Positions 23,313-37,120 of a stretch of DNA of 64,000 nucleotides are shown here, piece after piece. Source of the stretch: Callorhinchus milii (Eukaryota). The translations under genes and the position numbers were made by a program. Each line of letters starts with the position of its first letter. Position 1 is the stretch's first letter. Location of the stretch: the NCBI RefSeq assembly GCF_018977255.1, contig NW_024704742.1:496001-560000 (forward strand). Reading direction: 5' to 3'. A model generated the notes under the pieces. It worked only from the letters and a program-made list of their open reading frames with translations, was not told the origin of the DNA and did no database searches.

Positions 23313-25279
23313 AGGAGGCTCATTTGTTGTTAGAATATAAGATTGCATGATTTATTAAAGTTTGGTTAAACTCAATACTGTTAAAGTATCTTTAAAGTAC
23401 CTTTCATTACAATTATAAAGCTGACATTTGGAGAAATGTGGTGGTTATCCAGTGTGGTATGTTATGGGGTTTGGTGACATTAATGCATGCCTACAGCTTC
23501 CAACTACTCACTATGTGGTCAGAGGAGATAGTGCCAAAAAGGCTTTGTACATAGAAAAGGCGGAAGCCATTTGAGGTGGAGTAAGTTCAGAGCTCTCTTG
23601 TCCCACCATCAATAGTTGAATCAATCCCAGCTTTGATAGAAGCCTGGAGACGTCTTCTTCTGTGATCAGTTAGTGTGCAGACAAGGCCAATTCAACACTG
23701 GGATGAAAATCCACAGTTAAAACAGAGTTCATTCATTTCTTTTCTTCAAAGGTAAAAAAACTAAACATAAGAAGCTCAACAATTTTGGAAATGTCTTCGG
23801 TAAATCAATTGAGTAACGTAGCTGTGTGCATGCCATGTAGTTAAAGCACCAAAAAGATACTACTGCAGCACATGGGTGAAATCCCTCTCAGGTTTCAGAA
23901 AAATTCTTTGAAAGCAATCCATTGAATGTATAACAATTGCAGGCATGCCCCACGCCAGCAATGACTAACATCTAGGAAAAGCAACGTTTGTAAAATGAGT
24001 CTGTGTTCAATGGAGAGTAAAGAACGTGTAGGTGGGGGAACGACCCTCCCTTCTTCTGCCCATGGTGTCATCTGGAGGAAAGACCCATTTACTGTTCCAC
24101 CAAGTATGGACTGAAACTTTATCGGGACTTCCAACTTGGAGGTATCTACACGCCTGCAACTGATGATGTGCCATTGTCGAACAAGATACAGGTGATTCGC
24201 TGAGTCATATACAGCATCACAGGGAAGCAGCAGAAAGTGGTGCAGATTGGAACGGGCTGGGTTTTTCTCTTATCGGGTGGGTAAAAATATGCGTTTTCTT
24301 TACTGACGTAGTGAGTGAATGTGGGGATATGATGAGCTTGTACATCCCTTTTGTTGTGAGTTCCATGTAACTAACTGACCACAGCTTTCTGTAATCAACC
24401 ACATCTCATCTCTGCCCACAAAGTAAACTCTTGTAATGAACCACTGTACAAGTACTTTGTCTTTGCCAAAATATGTGACACACAGAATTAATATGCAGCA
24501 GCTGAATTTTTTTTACAAAACNTTTTTTTTTTTGTCTTTTAACTAACAACTGGCTTGTTAAAAACTGAATCACCCAAATCAGTCCTGATCTTGAGCTTGG
24601 TGCAGAAAATGATTGTTTTCAGAAAATGTTATTGAATGACATTTCTCCAAAATTTGCATATTAAAGCAAATTAATCTTTAATGATTCAACTGAAATCCAG
24701 ACATGGAATATCAACAACTATCCATAATGGGCAGGAGGACAGCCCCATCGCCCCCACCTGCCTTCCCCCCGCCCCCGCCCCCACCCATCCTGCAGAATAA
24801 TTGAAATTGGAGGATTATCAGATTCACTGTACTCACATGTAGAAGAGACATAGTACTAACCTCCCAAATCAGATATAGGGGAAAGCCATTTAGCCCATTC
24901 AGCCCTTTCAGGCACAGACCATTCCTTGGCCTAAATACTACAAACTTTCCCGAGGACCATCTTCTTACCATGTCTCTTATTAACTGGAATTTCCATGTGT
25001 GAGTGGGATGCATGGAACTCTATTTGGTTTGGATACTCTCTGAAGCCTGGTGATGGGTTTCCACACGTGCCAGACACCCGGCCGACCCAAACAAATAAAA
25101 TCCCTTATTAATTTACACCCGAATTACCTATCCAGTTCTCTCTTAAATCTCTCACTGATTTCTCTTGCATGGATTTCTGGGAAAGATTCCTATTATTCTC
25201 CACAAAACAATTTCCATGCTCATCTGGGTCCAGCCTCAATCTCATGATAAGGTCTTCATGTAACTGATGATGTAACTTC

Positions 25280-25612
25280 ATGTAACCTCCGTTCATCGGG
25301 CTCCGGCCTGCTCCATGTCTCCCGCCCGACCTGCTCTACCATCGGTGGCCGGGCTTTCACCCTCTCTGCCCCCACACTCTGGAACTCCATCCCACGGTCC
25401 CTTGACCTCGCTTCCTCCCTTGGCTCCTTCAAGGCCGGTATCAAGACGCTTCTCTTCGACCGTGCCTTTGGTCTCCCTCCCACCTCTCTGCCTTCCCTCA
25501 CCCCTACCCCACCCCTCCCCCATGCTTGGGCCCCGACACCTGACTGTTCAGCACGTTGGGACGTCCTCCCGACGTGAAAGGCACTCTATAAATGTAATTT
25601 TGTTGTTGTTGT
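25280..25612 (+). mobile_element. L2-type LINE 3' fragment
   Basis: GGRAFTLSAPTLWNSIP...FKAGIKTLLF; tail GGGACGTCCTCCCGACGTGAAAGG...(TTG)n. Confidence 0.85.
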
Positions 25613-28600
25613 TGATGATGGACTCACCGAGGGAAAAGGTCATTCATGGATTATTTCGTCTGAAACCCGAATGCTGGCATTTTGAACCCGTATTATTTGG
25701 GTTGTTGCAAACCGCTAACTCTGCTGTGAAGTAACTATTATGCATAACCCATTGGCTTTGATTTCCTAACAAATTGATGATACTGACATCCGTCGATGAA
25801 ATTCAACTTTGATAGAATAATAGAACTTTTCAGCATAGTAGGAAGTCATTCATCCAATCTGGCCGTGTGGCTTGCTGGCAGAGCTATCTGTTTAATCCTA
25901 TTCTCTTGTCTTTTACTTACCCTTTAATTTTTTTTAAAAAAGCTATAATAGCTTCTGCTTCAACCATCATTGATTTGGTTGGACATGTCACGTCCTCAAG
26001 TTTCCTTACTCCACACGCCTCCTACTAGCGGCAATAGGAACTATTGTTGGTCGCGGAATATACTGTAAAATGAATTTAGGGTGTGTTGATTATGGCAGCC
26101 AAGTACACACAACAATCTCCCACAAGCTATCGTGGATCCAGTGACCAAATTATAAATTTCAAAAAAAAATTTGGAGGGATTGTTACCCCAAGAAAGTGAT
26201 CCACCTCCCTTGCCTCCTTTCAAGCCCATCTCAAGACCTTCCTCTTTGACTGTGCTATCAGGCATCGTCCCACCCCCACCCTGCCTTGCCCTCCACCCTT
26301 TTTGATTCTAACCCCCAGTTCGAGTGCAAACCCTTGACTGTCCAACACCTTGGGACGTCCACCCGACATGAAAAATGCTACATTAATGCAATTTGTCGTT
26401 GTTGTTGTTATTAACGACTGGTGAACTGGTTGCCAAGAAGGGTAGTGGAGGACAAGACACTGGACACTTTTACAAACAGTTCGATGCTGTGATGGGAGAC
26501 AATGCTGAAAGGCGTTCTTGATGAAAGGGGACAACATGAGTGAGGGTAGAAGGGTCCAGTTCACAGTCTGCAATTGGTCATTGCCTCTCAACACAGTACA
26601 ATAAGATGGGTTTGGCATTTATTTTTGTTGAACTAAATACAGGTTCTGATTAAATCAATTAGATTGGTCTGAATTGAAGGGTATGTTACAGGACGATTCA
26701 GAGCCACTTAATTTGGCATCACTGAATGCACGGTCACTAGACTTTACAGCATATCATGTGAAGCACTCTCCACATGAATGGCGCGATACCAAATGTAAGG
26801 ATTATTATTATTTTCTACAGTATCAACGACTGGGAAGGATTTGACACCCTGGCGAACAATGAGAGCTGTTCACTGATGGACTCACTACAAACATCAACAC
26901 AATGGTTCTCTGGCTCTATATCTGGTCACTGGCAACCGCTGGAAACACGTAGTTTCTCGATATAGGTAGGAGAAAATGGATTTACTTTCTTTGTAAACTG
27001 TACATGGTGGAGTGGAGGGGGGGACCGGGGCTGTGTGGGCGGGGTGGGTGGCGGGGTAGGGGGGCTGTTATGTTGTTATGTTATGTTGTGGGTGCTATGA
27101 GGGGGTTCTCTACATTAATAGTATTCTGTCAACTACAATATTTGCCATCGCGGTGACACTGCATCAGTGGATCTGCTTGTTAGGGTGGATTTTAAAGATC
27201 CCGTGACACCGTTCGGAAAGAGAGCAGTTTCTCCTGATGTCCTGGCCATTTGCTCCGTGGCAGAGTATGGGATATGTGCACAAATTGGCTGTCAGGTTCG
27301 CCCACAAAAGACACGTTACTTTACGATATATCCTGTGCAGTGCTTTGGGATGTCCTCCTGACTGTATCAAATTTAAGTATTATTATTAGAAGTAAACTTG
27401 TGTGGAGAAGCTAACCGTGCTCGTGTTTTGCTTTAAATTATTTTTACTGTTAATTATTTAAATGCTACCCTTAAATGGGAAAAGAAAGCCTTGGGAACTT
27501 CTCACATTATCTTGTTTTTGCCGTATTTTATTATTGTTATTATTATATTAACTTATTTTAAATAACAAGGTGAAAATTTAGCAGCCATCCTTTGCTTTAA
27601 AAAAGACTGGCTACCAGTTGGAATTTGCTTGATAGTGGAATTAGTTAAACAGGGTAATTTAAAAAAACAGGTGTCAGACACCTCCACACCTACACCGAAT
27701 AGTCTCCTTCTCTGCTGAGAATGTCTGTTTCCAAATGATTAATAGTGACTCCCAAAAACATAGGTAATTAATCTTTAAACAATAATGTAAATATATCTTT
27801 CAAGTTAATGTTAATCTAGTAAGTGGAATTCTCATTAAAGTCAATTTCTGTGACAAAGGAGAAATTTCCCAGAATTTCCAAAATGTCTGTTTCTTTAACG
27901 TATGTAGAAACCTAATCGCTAATTTGATGAAGAGTGAAATTGATTCGCTGGAACATCTTGATATGATCACACTTGGCTTCCTCCTTTTACCCCTCCTTTT
28001 TGTGCACTTGTCTTTGCCGTAGGTGGCAGCAGTTTCTGTTGCATTTGAAACTTCCTGCAGTTGTAGCTTTGTTGTTTGGGAATACCAAATTTACACATTG
28101 GCGTTTTAGCTGTGGACACCATTGACTTGGTGATCGTTAGCACCATATTTGGTTTCTAACAGTGTGACCCTGTTATTATTGTGTGATTGCAAACCTAATG
28201 TCAAAACACGGCTTATAGGCACTCAGATATTCATGTCTGAGCTAATGAAAGAGCTCTCTTAACCCAACATTGAATACTTACCCATCGATACCAAAAATTA
28301 AATATAAAACTATCAAATTGAGGCAAACAACTAGGCCGAGTAGTCATTCCGTATTTGTGCATATTCACATTTCTCACTCTCTCTTGCTTTCTTGATACGA
28401 ATAGCTTTGTCAGATACCAAAAACTTTTTTAAGAGGGATTATTACCCCCGGAAAGTGATCTGCCAATCGACTAACTACTTGCTGCTGGTAAACAGAGGCG
28501 TGTGGAATGAGGAAATGTTTCTCCCTACCTGGGAATCAAATCCAGGTCTTCTCGCTCGCGAGGCGAGCGCTCTAACCAATACACTGGAGGACTCCACAAA

Positions 28601-28889
28601 TACATTCCCATTCTGTTAACTCCACTGTTTAATTCAAAATAGATTTATGAACTGGCTGAAATTTGTGAGACAAACCTGGGTTTAACAATTGAACAGGTAT
28701 TAGGTTATGAACACTGCCTCGCTCCTCGTCTTCCACACAATGGTTTGGTTCAAAATTTATTGTCCCTTAATTTGGAGTCAGCATCTGAGTACTCATGCAC
28801 AAGATATCAGTTCAGCTGAGACAGTCTCTAGTACATGATGGGCTGAAAGGTACTGTTGTAAATTTTGTTAAAGAAAAATGCATCTAGAG

Positions 28890-29076
28890 CATTGGGAGCC
28901 AAACTCTTACGGTCAGACAACCAAATCAATTTTTATTGAATGGTTCTTCACATATGGCCACACCATGTGTACCACGGCTCGATAGCTACTGGACACAAGT
29001 TGTTGACTTGGCATGGACTTGCCTGGACTGGTGCAGGGATGACAGGCTGCTTCGATCGACAAGTTGGAGACCCCTG
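28890..29076. mobile_element. hAT-Charlie-type MITE
   Basis: Right TIR TTGGAGACCCCTG, degenerate left TIR CATTGGGAGCCAA, 8-bp TSD atctagag/atctagaa. Confidence 0.65.
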
Positions 29077-30294
29077 ATCTAGAATATCTTGTTTTTAATT
29101 GCCAAAAATACTCCTGTTTACAATCAAAAACCTCAAATGGAGCGCTGAAATATTCAGTGCCACCAGTTGTGCATACTCCTGGGGGGAAGGGGGGAAGGAA
29201 GTGTTCACTCACAAACCGCTCAAGAGTTAAAGCCAGGTTTGGATCCCGATTTTCAGCCCCTCACCAGAACGGCATCGATTAAAGAGCAGAACCTGTTGAC
29301 AAATGCCGAAGTTTCTCCCATTGTTTTGGCTGCTGATTTTACAGACCTCTTGTGAGTTGGACAAATCGCTTTGTGAAACAGGGGTAATTGTATTTGATTA
29401 TGGCCATAAAATTGTTACTGTGCTTTGTTTTAGATACAAGTTGTGTGGATTAAAACCTTTAAAACAGTCGCCCAGATAAAATCGGTCATTCACTTACTTG
29501 GCTGTTTGTGGGACAATGCTGTGTGCAAATTATCTGCCCCGTTCATCTACAAATACACAGTCTCTACACTTCATAGTAAATCCTTTGAGCCGTTACATAA
29601 GGTAATACAGCAGATGATCCAATAAGTGCTTTTTAACAGATAAATGTGAAGAACTGCATTTTGGAATGAGAAAAATATTGAACACAAAGAATGGGATACA
29701 ATAATCAAATAAATTGTTTTTGTTCTTTTTAACTCTCTTTATGCTTGTGCTGCAGGACTGTGTTACAGGTTCAACTTCACAAAGGATCGTTAAGGAAGAA
29801 AGTAGTCTTCGACAGGTGCATTTGAAGTGGAACTAATAAAGGACCGTGGAACAAAACTATTATACAGAGAGTTGGTCTGACTCTTTCTCTTAGACTAATT
29901 CCTCTGTGTCAGGCACTTTATCCTGTAAAGCACTTTGAGACGCCTCAATAATGTGCTAATGCGCTATATCAAATAGAAGGATTATTATCAATATTAGCCT
30001 CTGATTTGCTTAAATCTGTCGTCTGTATGCCCGAGTCCCTGGCCACCTCAACTTTATACGTGTTTGAATTTTATCCCATTTTATGTTGGCTGAGAGGGAT
30101 TTTGTGTAGATGATTTACTCTGGCACAGACTATCTTTCCAGGACAGGTAAAATCTACTGCCTTGTAAACCCCAATAATGGAAAGCTATAGTTTTCTGATT
30201 AAATCTTCAATGTGTTTTTGAAAAGGGGGCATTGAAACTCTGGTAACCTGTATAAGCAAATGTGCATTCTAGAGAAGTAAAATAGGGTGAAGGG

Positions 30295-31120
30295 AACTCC
30301 CCAATGGAACAGAGGGTAAATACATTGTGGTTCAGGGCCACAGATTGGGGAGGTCCCATGTTCAATCTTGGTGAATTAACTGATCTTAACTGAGGTTTTT
30401 GACATCAGTATCCCTGGGGTAGGGAAAAGAAATGTTCAGCGTGAATTTCCACTCTTTGATAACTATCCTGATGTCTGGTGCAAAAGAGTACGTGTTAGTA
30501 TCTGACTTATGTGTCAGCCTGGCTCAGTTGGTAGCACGCTCGCTTCTGAGTCAAAAAATGGTGAGTTCATGCCCCACGTTGTAGCTTCCAATCGCACAGT
30601 CTAAGATGGCACTCAAATTCAATGCTGCATTGTTGGAGGTGCCGTCCTTCGGATCAGGTGTTAAACTGAGGGCCCGTCTCCCTGTTCAGGCGGATGTTAA
30701 AGATCCCATGGCACTATTCGAAAAGAAAAGGGAGTTTCTCTTTCTCTCCCAGTGTCCTGGGCCAACAATTCCCCAAAATAAAATTGGTCATTCACTCCTT
30801 GGCTGTTTGTAGGACATTGCTGTGTGCAAATTGGCTGGAGTGTTCACCCACAAAACAGTCATTGCACTTTACAATATATCCTTGAAGCGTGTTGAGACAT
30901 CCTCACGATGTGAAAGGCACTATTCCAAATGTAACTTGGTTTTTAATCCGGCTTCGGTTTCAGCTGTGTTCTTCCAATTGTTGAATATTTTCTGACACCC
31001 ACTCTTTAGCCTCGCATGTGAAGTATGGACACTTGAACGAGATACTGGAGGGATGCCAGTGCCTGGGAAGCGGTACTCAGGAACACGGGTCTAATGCCTT
31101 GATTTAGGAAAAGAGAGGAG
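30295..31120 (+). mobile_element. LF-SINE-like element interrupted by a Deu-domain SINE
   Basis: 5' part GCCACAGA..GGAGGTCCCA.GTTCAATC..TTAACTGATCT; 3' part resumes at about 30950 (CAGCTGTG...CACTT..CGAG.TACTGGAGGG). Confidence 0.6.
30512..30942 (+). mobile_element. Deu-domain SINE (SacSINE1/AmnSINE1-like core), full length
   Basis: tRNA head GTCAGCCTGGCTCAGTTGGTAGC; core GTTAAAGATCCCATGGCACTATTCGAAAAGA...GTGTCCTGG; L2-type tail. Confidence 0.8.
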
Positions 31121-31727
31121 GAAGAACTAGACATTTTAGGTTCATTTACAGTTTTGTAACGATAAAATTTCAAGTGGAATCCAAGTAGTATTATTGCCTG
31201 AAACTACAATACATGTTCATGTTTCTTTCAAAACTCCCCTCTTAATATTTGATTCCTTTTTTTCTATAACAGTACTTAAACATACTTTCCACTTCCTTAA
31301 GCATCTGCATCTGCGTTCTTACAAGAACATGTTAGTAATGTTCTATTGATGTGCTGGCAGAAGAGGATCGCTTTCGGGGTTTTTCTTAACCAAAGATTGT
31401 ATAAAAATAAGAAAAAAAATGCAGACAATTAACCGATCACCACCAGCTGGTGTTGTTTTTAAACTCTTTACAAATATTTGTGGGGCAAAAACATAATAGA
31501 AAAGCTAAGAATTTTAATGTATGGAAAAGTTTCATGAATGAAATGCTTGGAAAACATGATTAAAATTTACAAAGCTATGTGTCAGTGTCAGTCTGGCACA
31601 TATGAAGAAACTGTGGTTAAGGTAACAAAAACTTATGAGTCTGCATTATAAAAACAATGACAAAATAATCCTTGCATTTGGTACAGCACCTTTCATGTCA
31701 GGAGGACACCCCAAAGCCATGGGTTGG

Positions 31728-32140
31728 GTGACAGCCTGGTTCAGTTGGTGGCACTCCCAGTCAGAAGTTTATGGGTTCAAGCTTCACGTCAGGTATGTGA
31801 AGTCCCAGTCCAGGCTGACACTCCAACGCTGCATTATTAGAGGTGTCGTCCTCTTGGATGAGAAATTAAATGAGGTCCTGTCACCTGTTCAGGTGGATGT
31901 TAAAGATCCTATGGCACTACTCAAGAAGAGCAGGGAGTTTCTCCTGGTGTCCTGACCAACAATCGCCCAAATAAAATTGATCATTCACATCATGGCTGTT
32001 TGTCGAACATTGCTCTGTGCAATTGCCTACAAGGTACCCAGCCACTATATCATACAGTAAATCCTGTGAAGCGCTTTGAGACATCCTCCTGATGTGAAAG
32101 CTACTGTATCACATGTATAGATTATTATTTTATTGTTATT
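31728..32140 (+). mobile_element. Deu-domain SINE, full length
   Basis: Same head, core and tail as the 30512 copy. Confidence 0.8.
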
Positions 32141-32794
32141 AAAACAAAACTTTATTAAATCTTTTTTTTTCAGGAGCCACTCTAAAGCATGATGATTGTA
32201 CTTGTATATGTAAACAGTGAAATTCTGTTGACCGAATACTCATTTAGAGAGTGAAAATGATTCAACCAACTGAACTAGTCATAAAACTGGAGTAAACACA
32301 AGAGGAGCCTCACCTCCCGGAGCGTGAGCTGTGCAGCCTCACTGGAACCAGAAACGGTTTCCTCCAACAATCAGAAGGTCCTCACTCTCACAAGCGACTA
32401 AACGCCAGGGACCTCAGTGAGGAGCGAGGTGAGGGGAGGGGAAGCAAGGGGAGGGGAGGGGGAAGGAGGAGAGGACAACAGTGATGTTCATGTTGAACTG
32501 CAGAAGGTGGTGAATTGGGATCACGTGTTCGTCCAGACTCAGATCAATTGTTTTTTATACAAATCGTCACAGGGAAAATTATTCGCTAAACCGAATTATT
32601 CGTACAATTCCGGTGTTCAATGAACTATATTCTTAGATGAGACATGCAAATGGTTTGGGAATTCCAAACTCTAGTCCATAAACCAAACTATTCAACTATC
32701 TGACTTTCAATTAATCAAATCTAATTGTGTTATTACATATATATGTGTCACATCACTATTCTTGTAAGTCACATCATTTGACTGGTATAAACAA

Positions 32795-33188
32795 ACAAAC
32801 AAACAAACAAATAAATAAATAAATAATCCTGGCTGTTGATATAGCGCTTTTCACGTCTTTTAGACGTCTCAAAGCGCTTCACAGAATATACTGTAAATTG
32901 AATTGACTGTATATTTGTGGGCAAAACGCGGCAGCCAATTATACACAGCAGCGTCCCACAAACAGTCGTGGATTGAAGTGACCAAATTATTATTGATTTT
33001 TTTGAAGGGATTATTACTCCCGGAAAAGAGATACTCCAAACGACTAACAACCGGGTTCCTACTTACTGCTGGTAAACAGAGGCGTGTGGAGTAAGGAAAC
33101 TTGCCCAAGGTTTGGCCGTGCCGGGAATAGAACCCAGGTCTTTCGCTTGTGAGGCGAGTGCTCTAACCACTGAGCTACAGCACTCCAC
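32795..33188 (-). mobile_element. tRNA-headed SINE (main family), full length
   Basis: Well-preserved reverse-complement copy. Confidence 0.85.
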
Positions 33189-33199
33189 GATTCAAAACT

Positions 33200-33530
33200 G
33201 ACTGAAATTGGGTTGTGGTGAAAAGCAGTCCTGGTCAGAGATTGAACGCTTCACGAGAATTGGCTCCAGTATCTCAACTAAACTCTTCACGTGCGCTTCT
33301 AGACAGTGAGTATGATTCGGCTGAGTGAGTGTGGGTGGAATAACAGCCCAGCTCAGCCTTGTCCTCACCTAATCTCTAAGCAGATGCACTTTCTAGCAGG
33401 AGCTATCCGCAGAGCAACCAGAAGCAAGAACCCAGGCTGGGACCAATTGTAACGCACCACTGTGACTGAGCACAGACCAGACACCAAACGTGGGACTTCA
33501 CTGGTAGGTATGGTATAAAGCATGCTGGAC
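33200..33530 (-). mobile_element. LF-SINE-like element
   Basis: Minus strand contains CTGGTCTGTGCTCAGT, GGTGAGGACAAGGCTGAGC and CTCACTGTCTAG..CACGTGAAGA. Confidence 0.6.
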
Positions 33531-33879
33531 AGTATCTTTATCAACCGTGCCTTTGAGGAAAGCCCTGTCATTTATACACAGGGCTGGCAACTCGTATGCA
33601 CTGAGAATGTGACTCACACACAATGTTTTAAAATCTCCTAAATTTGGTACGCAGACTTCCTGTAGCCCAGACGAGGGTTGTCTGACTTCACATGACCCTT
33701 GGGTTTTCTATGCAGTGATGCAATGGGATAAACAGGTATGCATTCCTTTTTTTACAGAAAGGGAAATGGTCGGTTGGGGGATCAAAGCAGAATCTCGCGT
33801 TGGCTTCTGGTTCCGATAGTGGAATTCCACGTAAGTGGAAACATGTGAGGGCGTCAAAGTATAGAGTGCATTTCAAATA

Positions 33880-34200
33880 TCTAAATTTACATATCTATCG
33901 GGTTATCTATAACCAGAGGACACAGCCTGTGATTGAACGGGAGGTAAATTCAAAACAAATCTGCAGAAACATAATTTCAGTGCGCGTGTAAAAAAAAGTA
34001 TGGAACAGGCTTCCTAGGGAGGTGGTGGAAGCAGAAAGTGGTGATTCTTTCAAAATCAAATTAGATAGATTTCTTTTAGGAAATAACATCTTTGGATACA
34101 GTATATAGTTTGGGACTTGACGTCAAGTGACTGCAGGGAAGGCGGAAGGTGAACTGGATGGACTTTGGTCTTTTCTCGTCTAGAAATTCTTATGTACTTA
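33880..34200 (+). mobile_element. CR1 LINE 3' end
   Basis: RTRGHS.., WNRLPREVVEA.S..SFK.KLD.FL followed by the 3' UTR. Confidence 0.8.
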
Positions 34201-34839
34201 TACGATTTTGATATGTATTAAAGAAAATGCAACTTTGATGTGGGTCATCTATATCAGCGTTAGCTGTTTAGTGGTGTAGGGAAAGAACATGCCCAGATGA
34301 GGAGCATTTATCTTAGAAATGTTTTAGAGGGCTTGTTCCAGGCATTCTCATTATGCCCCTTAAACAAAATATGTTTATGCCGTGAAGAAAGAAGCCTGGA
34401 GATAAATAATGTTTGAATGTTCAAGGTGGCAAAGGAACAATTAGTAGCCCGCTTCACTCCCCCCTCCCCACACCACCACCCGGGTAACATTCATAAACCA
34501 GTGAAATTGGGACAAAGAGTCATATAGTAAATGAGCCTGTGTGTAGAGCTTATGATTGACTGTAAGTGATTAGAAAAGAGTCTGTGAGTGGGCGATTATC
34601 TGGAAATGAGAGTCATCGGTCTTGTCGATCATGGCATACAAAAGTTACATCTAGTTGCATCTGTGATTGGTTTTTAAATGAAACTATACCCAGACAATAA
34701 CATCTTGGAATTGCCTGCATTTCTCTAAATGTATTTGCGAGACTGCTAGAAAGGTTTGTCGACAGCTCAAACGTTCCTACCAGTCGCACAAGCCACATTC
34801 ACAGTGGCAGAGTGCTACCGCTGTTATTTTGGTGCATTT

Positions 34840-35260
34840 TGATAGCACTCTCATCTCCGAGTCAGAAGGTTGTGGGTTCAAATACCCACGTCACGACTTG
34901 AACTCACGTAGCGTAAGCTGATGCTAGACTCCAGTCCTGGAGGAGTTGCATTTTCGGAGGTCACATCTTTCGGATGAGACATTAAACCGAGGCCCACCTG
35001 CCAGTACAGGTGGACGTCAAAGATCCCATGTCACTATTCGAAAAGAGAAGGGAGCGTTCCCTGGTGTCCTGGCCAACAATCCCCCAAATAAAATTGGTCA
35101 CTCATTTCATGGCTGTTTATGGGACATTGCTGTGCGCAATTGTGCTGCCCCGTTTGCTTACAAATACACAGTCACTTCATTTCACAGTAAATCCTGTGAA
35201 GCACTTTGATAAGTCCTTCTGACGTGATACGGCACTCTACCAGCTGCAAGTATTATTATT
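34840..35260 (+). mobile_element. Deu-domain SINE, full length
   Basis: GGATGAGACATTAAACCGAGG...AAAGATCCCATG core and tail. Confidence 0.8.
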
Positions 35261-36479
35261 CCTCGGAAATGATTCTAACGTTGAAAAATGCCAGGGTAAA
35301 GGGAATGAACTGCATTCATGTTCCAGGTGATGTTGCAAGAATCTGAAAGTTTAGGCGTTGAACCAGTCTTCGTTTCCTTTGTATTAATGTGGACAGACAA
35401 TGGGTTCCTCAAAATGGTCAAAATGTAGAAGGTTATAGGGGGGATTTCAGGTGCAATCATAATAAGGAGCAAATACATATTGCTTATCGTCATTCTTTGA
35501 ACTCTGATACTGTGTATTGCCTTGAATTCACTGCAGACGTTATTACTTTTAGTAGTGATATTTACAGTTCATTTAATTTAAGCTTTTACCCAGTTTTTTT
35601 TTTAAAGTTTGAGTGCATTTCTGTGACGGCAATGGCTTGCAGTGTCGATGCTGAAAGCTGGAAGGAGTCTTGCTTTTGATGCCTGATCATCCTTATATGC
35701 AAAGATTATTCAATTGTTATTTCATTGCTTCTCATTTATGGCAAAAACAGTTTAACTCAGACAATGCAAAATATTAGTGCCGTTGTGTATAAGGTGAAAA
35801 AGAAAGTTCTGATTTTTTTTGGTCCAAATGTTGTGGTTTTGGGTGCAGTCAGTTCAAGTTCAAGTACTTGCAGAGTATTCACTGTCCACCAACCTGCCCA
35901 GCATTCGTATTGGACCATCTGCCTGTTCATCAACCCATCCCATGCTCTCACTGGACAAGTGCATTAGTTATTAAAAATTGTATCAGCTATAAGACGTTGT
36001 GGGTTGTGGGAAAGGTTGCAGAGAATCACGGCCTGCGATTTTCTTACAGCCTTGATTAAATAACTTTAAAAATGTGTCTGGGCAGATACCCCTGGGCTAC
36101 CTAGTACTCTATTTGGTGGAAATGTTCTGCTAAATAGAGTATTTCTGTAATATATTTCATTCTTCAAATCCAATGGAGCCCTGGTCTCCCCTTGTGCTCA
36201 TTCCTAGTCACGTGTATCTACTTAGTAACAAGCACTGCTAGTTTGCTTTTTACCTTGAAAATATCATCAAGGCTATTTCAAATAACTAATGATCGGCCCA
36301 GAAGCAGGCCATTCAGTCCTTGATGCCTGTGTCTCTGCCGTGCTACCTCCCCATTTGAACTTTCTAATGGAATCCTGTTCATCATGGTATCGGTGCTGTT
36401 GTAATTTTTGACATATTTGATTAGGAATTTATGAATCTACAACACAAGATCACAAGAGTGGTTCTAATGAAGAAGCCCC

Positions 36480-37120
36480 CTCTTCCTTCCAGAATACCCA
36501 CCATACCATCCTCCAATTACAGCATCGAAGATATGTATTAACTAAGTCCTGTATTCTGGCCTCAACATCTTTTCTTGATCGATGGTTCCAGTTGTTAATT
36601 ACACTCTGGTAAAGAAATCCTTCTCGGTGTCTGTTTCTGATATTGCCCTTTGCAGTCCTGAATCTGTGCCCTCATGTTCTGCTGCCTTGGAATATATGAA
36701 AGCATTTGGGTTTAGAGTTGTATATAACTATGAAGTCCCCTCTTGGATCGCTGTTTTCAAAACTGAAGAGCCCTAACTTGTCTCATCGTTGCTAATAACT
36801 CATTCCCCTGACACTGGGGAGCATCCTTGTGCTCTCCTTCACTTTGCCTCCGGAGCCTGGACAGCCCCTGATGTAAAGTGATCAGGAATAGCAACACGAT
36901 CAGAGAACTAGATATCGTGAGTATGACTCGTGAGGATCTGAACTCAACTGAAATATTATAGCCCAGCATCCTGTTTACCTTATTCATTGCTGCCTCACAC
37001 GGTTTTGACGTGGCGAGGGATGAGTCAACTAACACCCCTAGATCTCATTTAGCTTTCCCTTTGGCAAGTTCTACCCCCTCCATTGCAGGACCCGAACTTC
37101 CTATTTTTACTCCTGTATCA
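36480..37120 (-). mobile_element. CR1 LINE ORF2 fragment (decayed)
   Basis: DLGVLVDSSL..SK.C.AA.NK.NRMLG on the minus strand. Confidence 0.75.
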
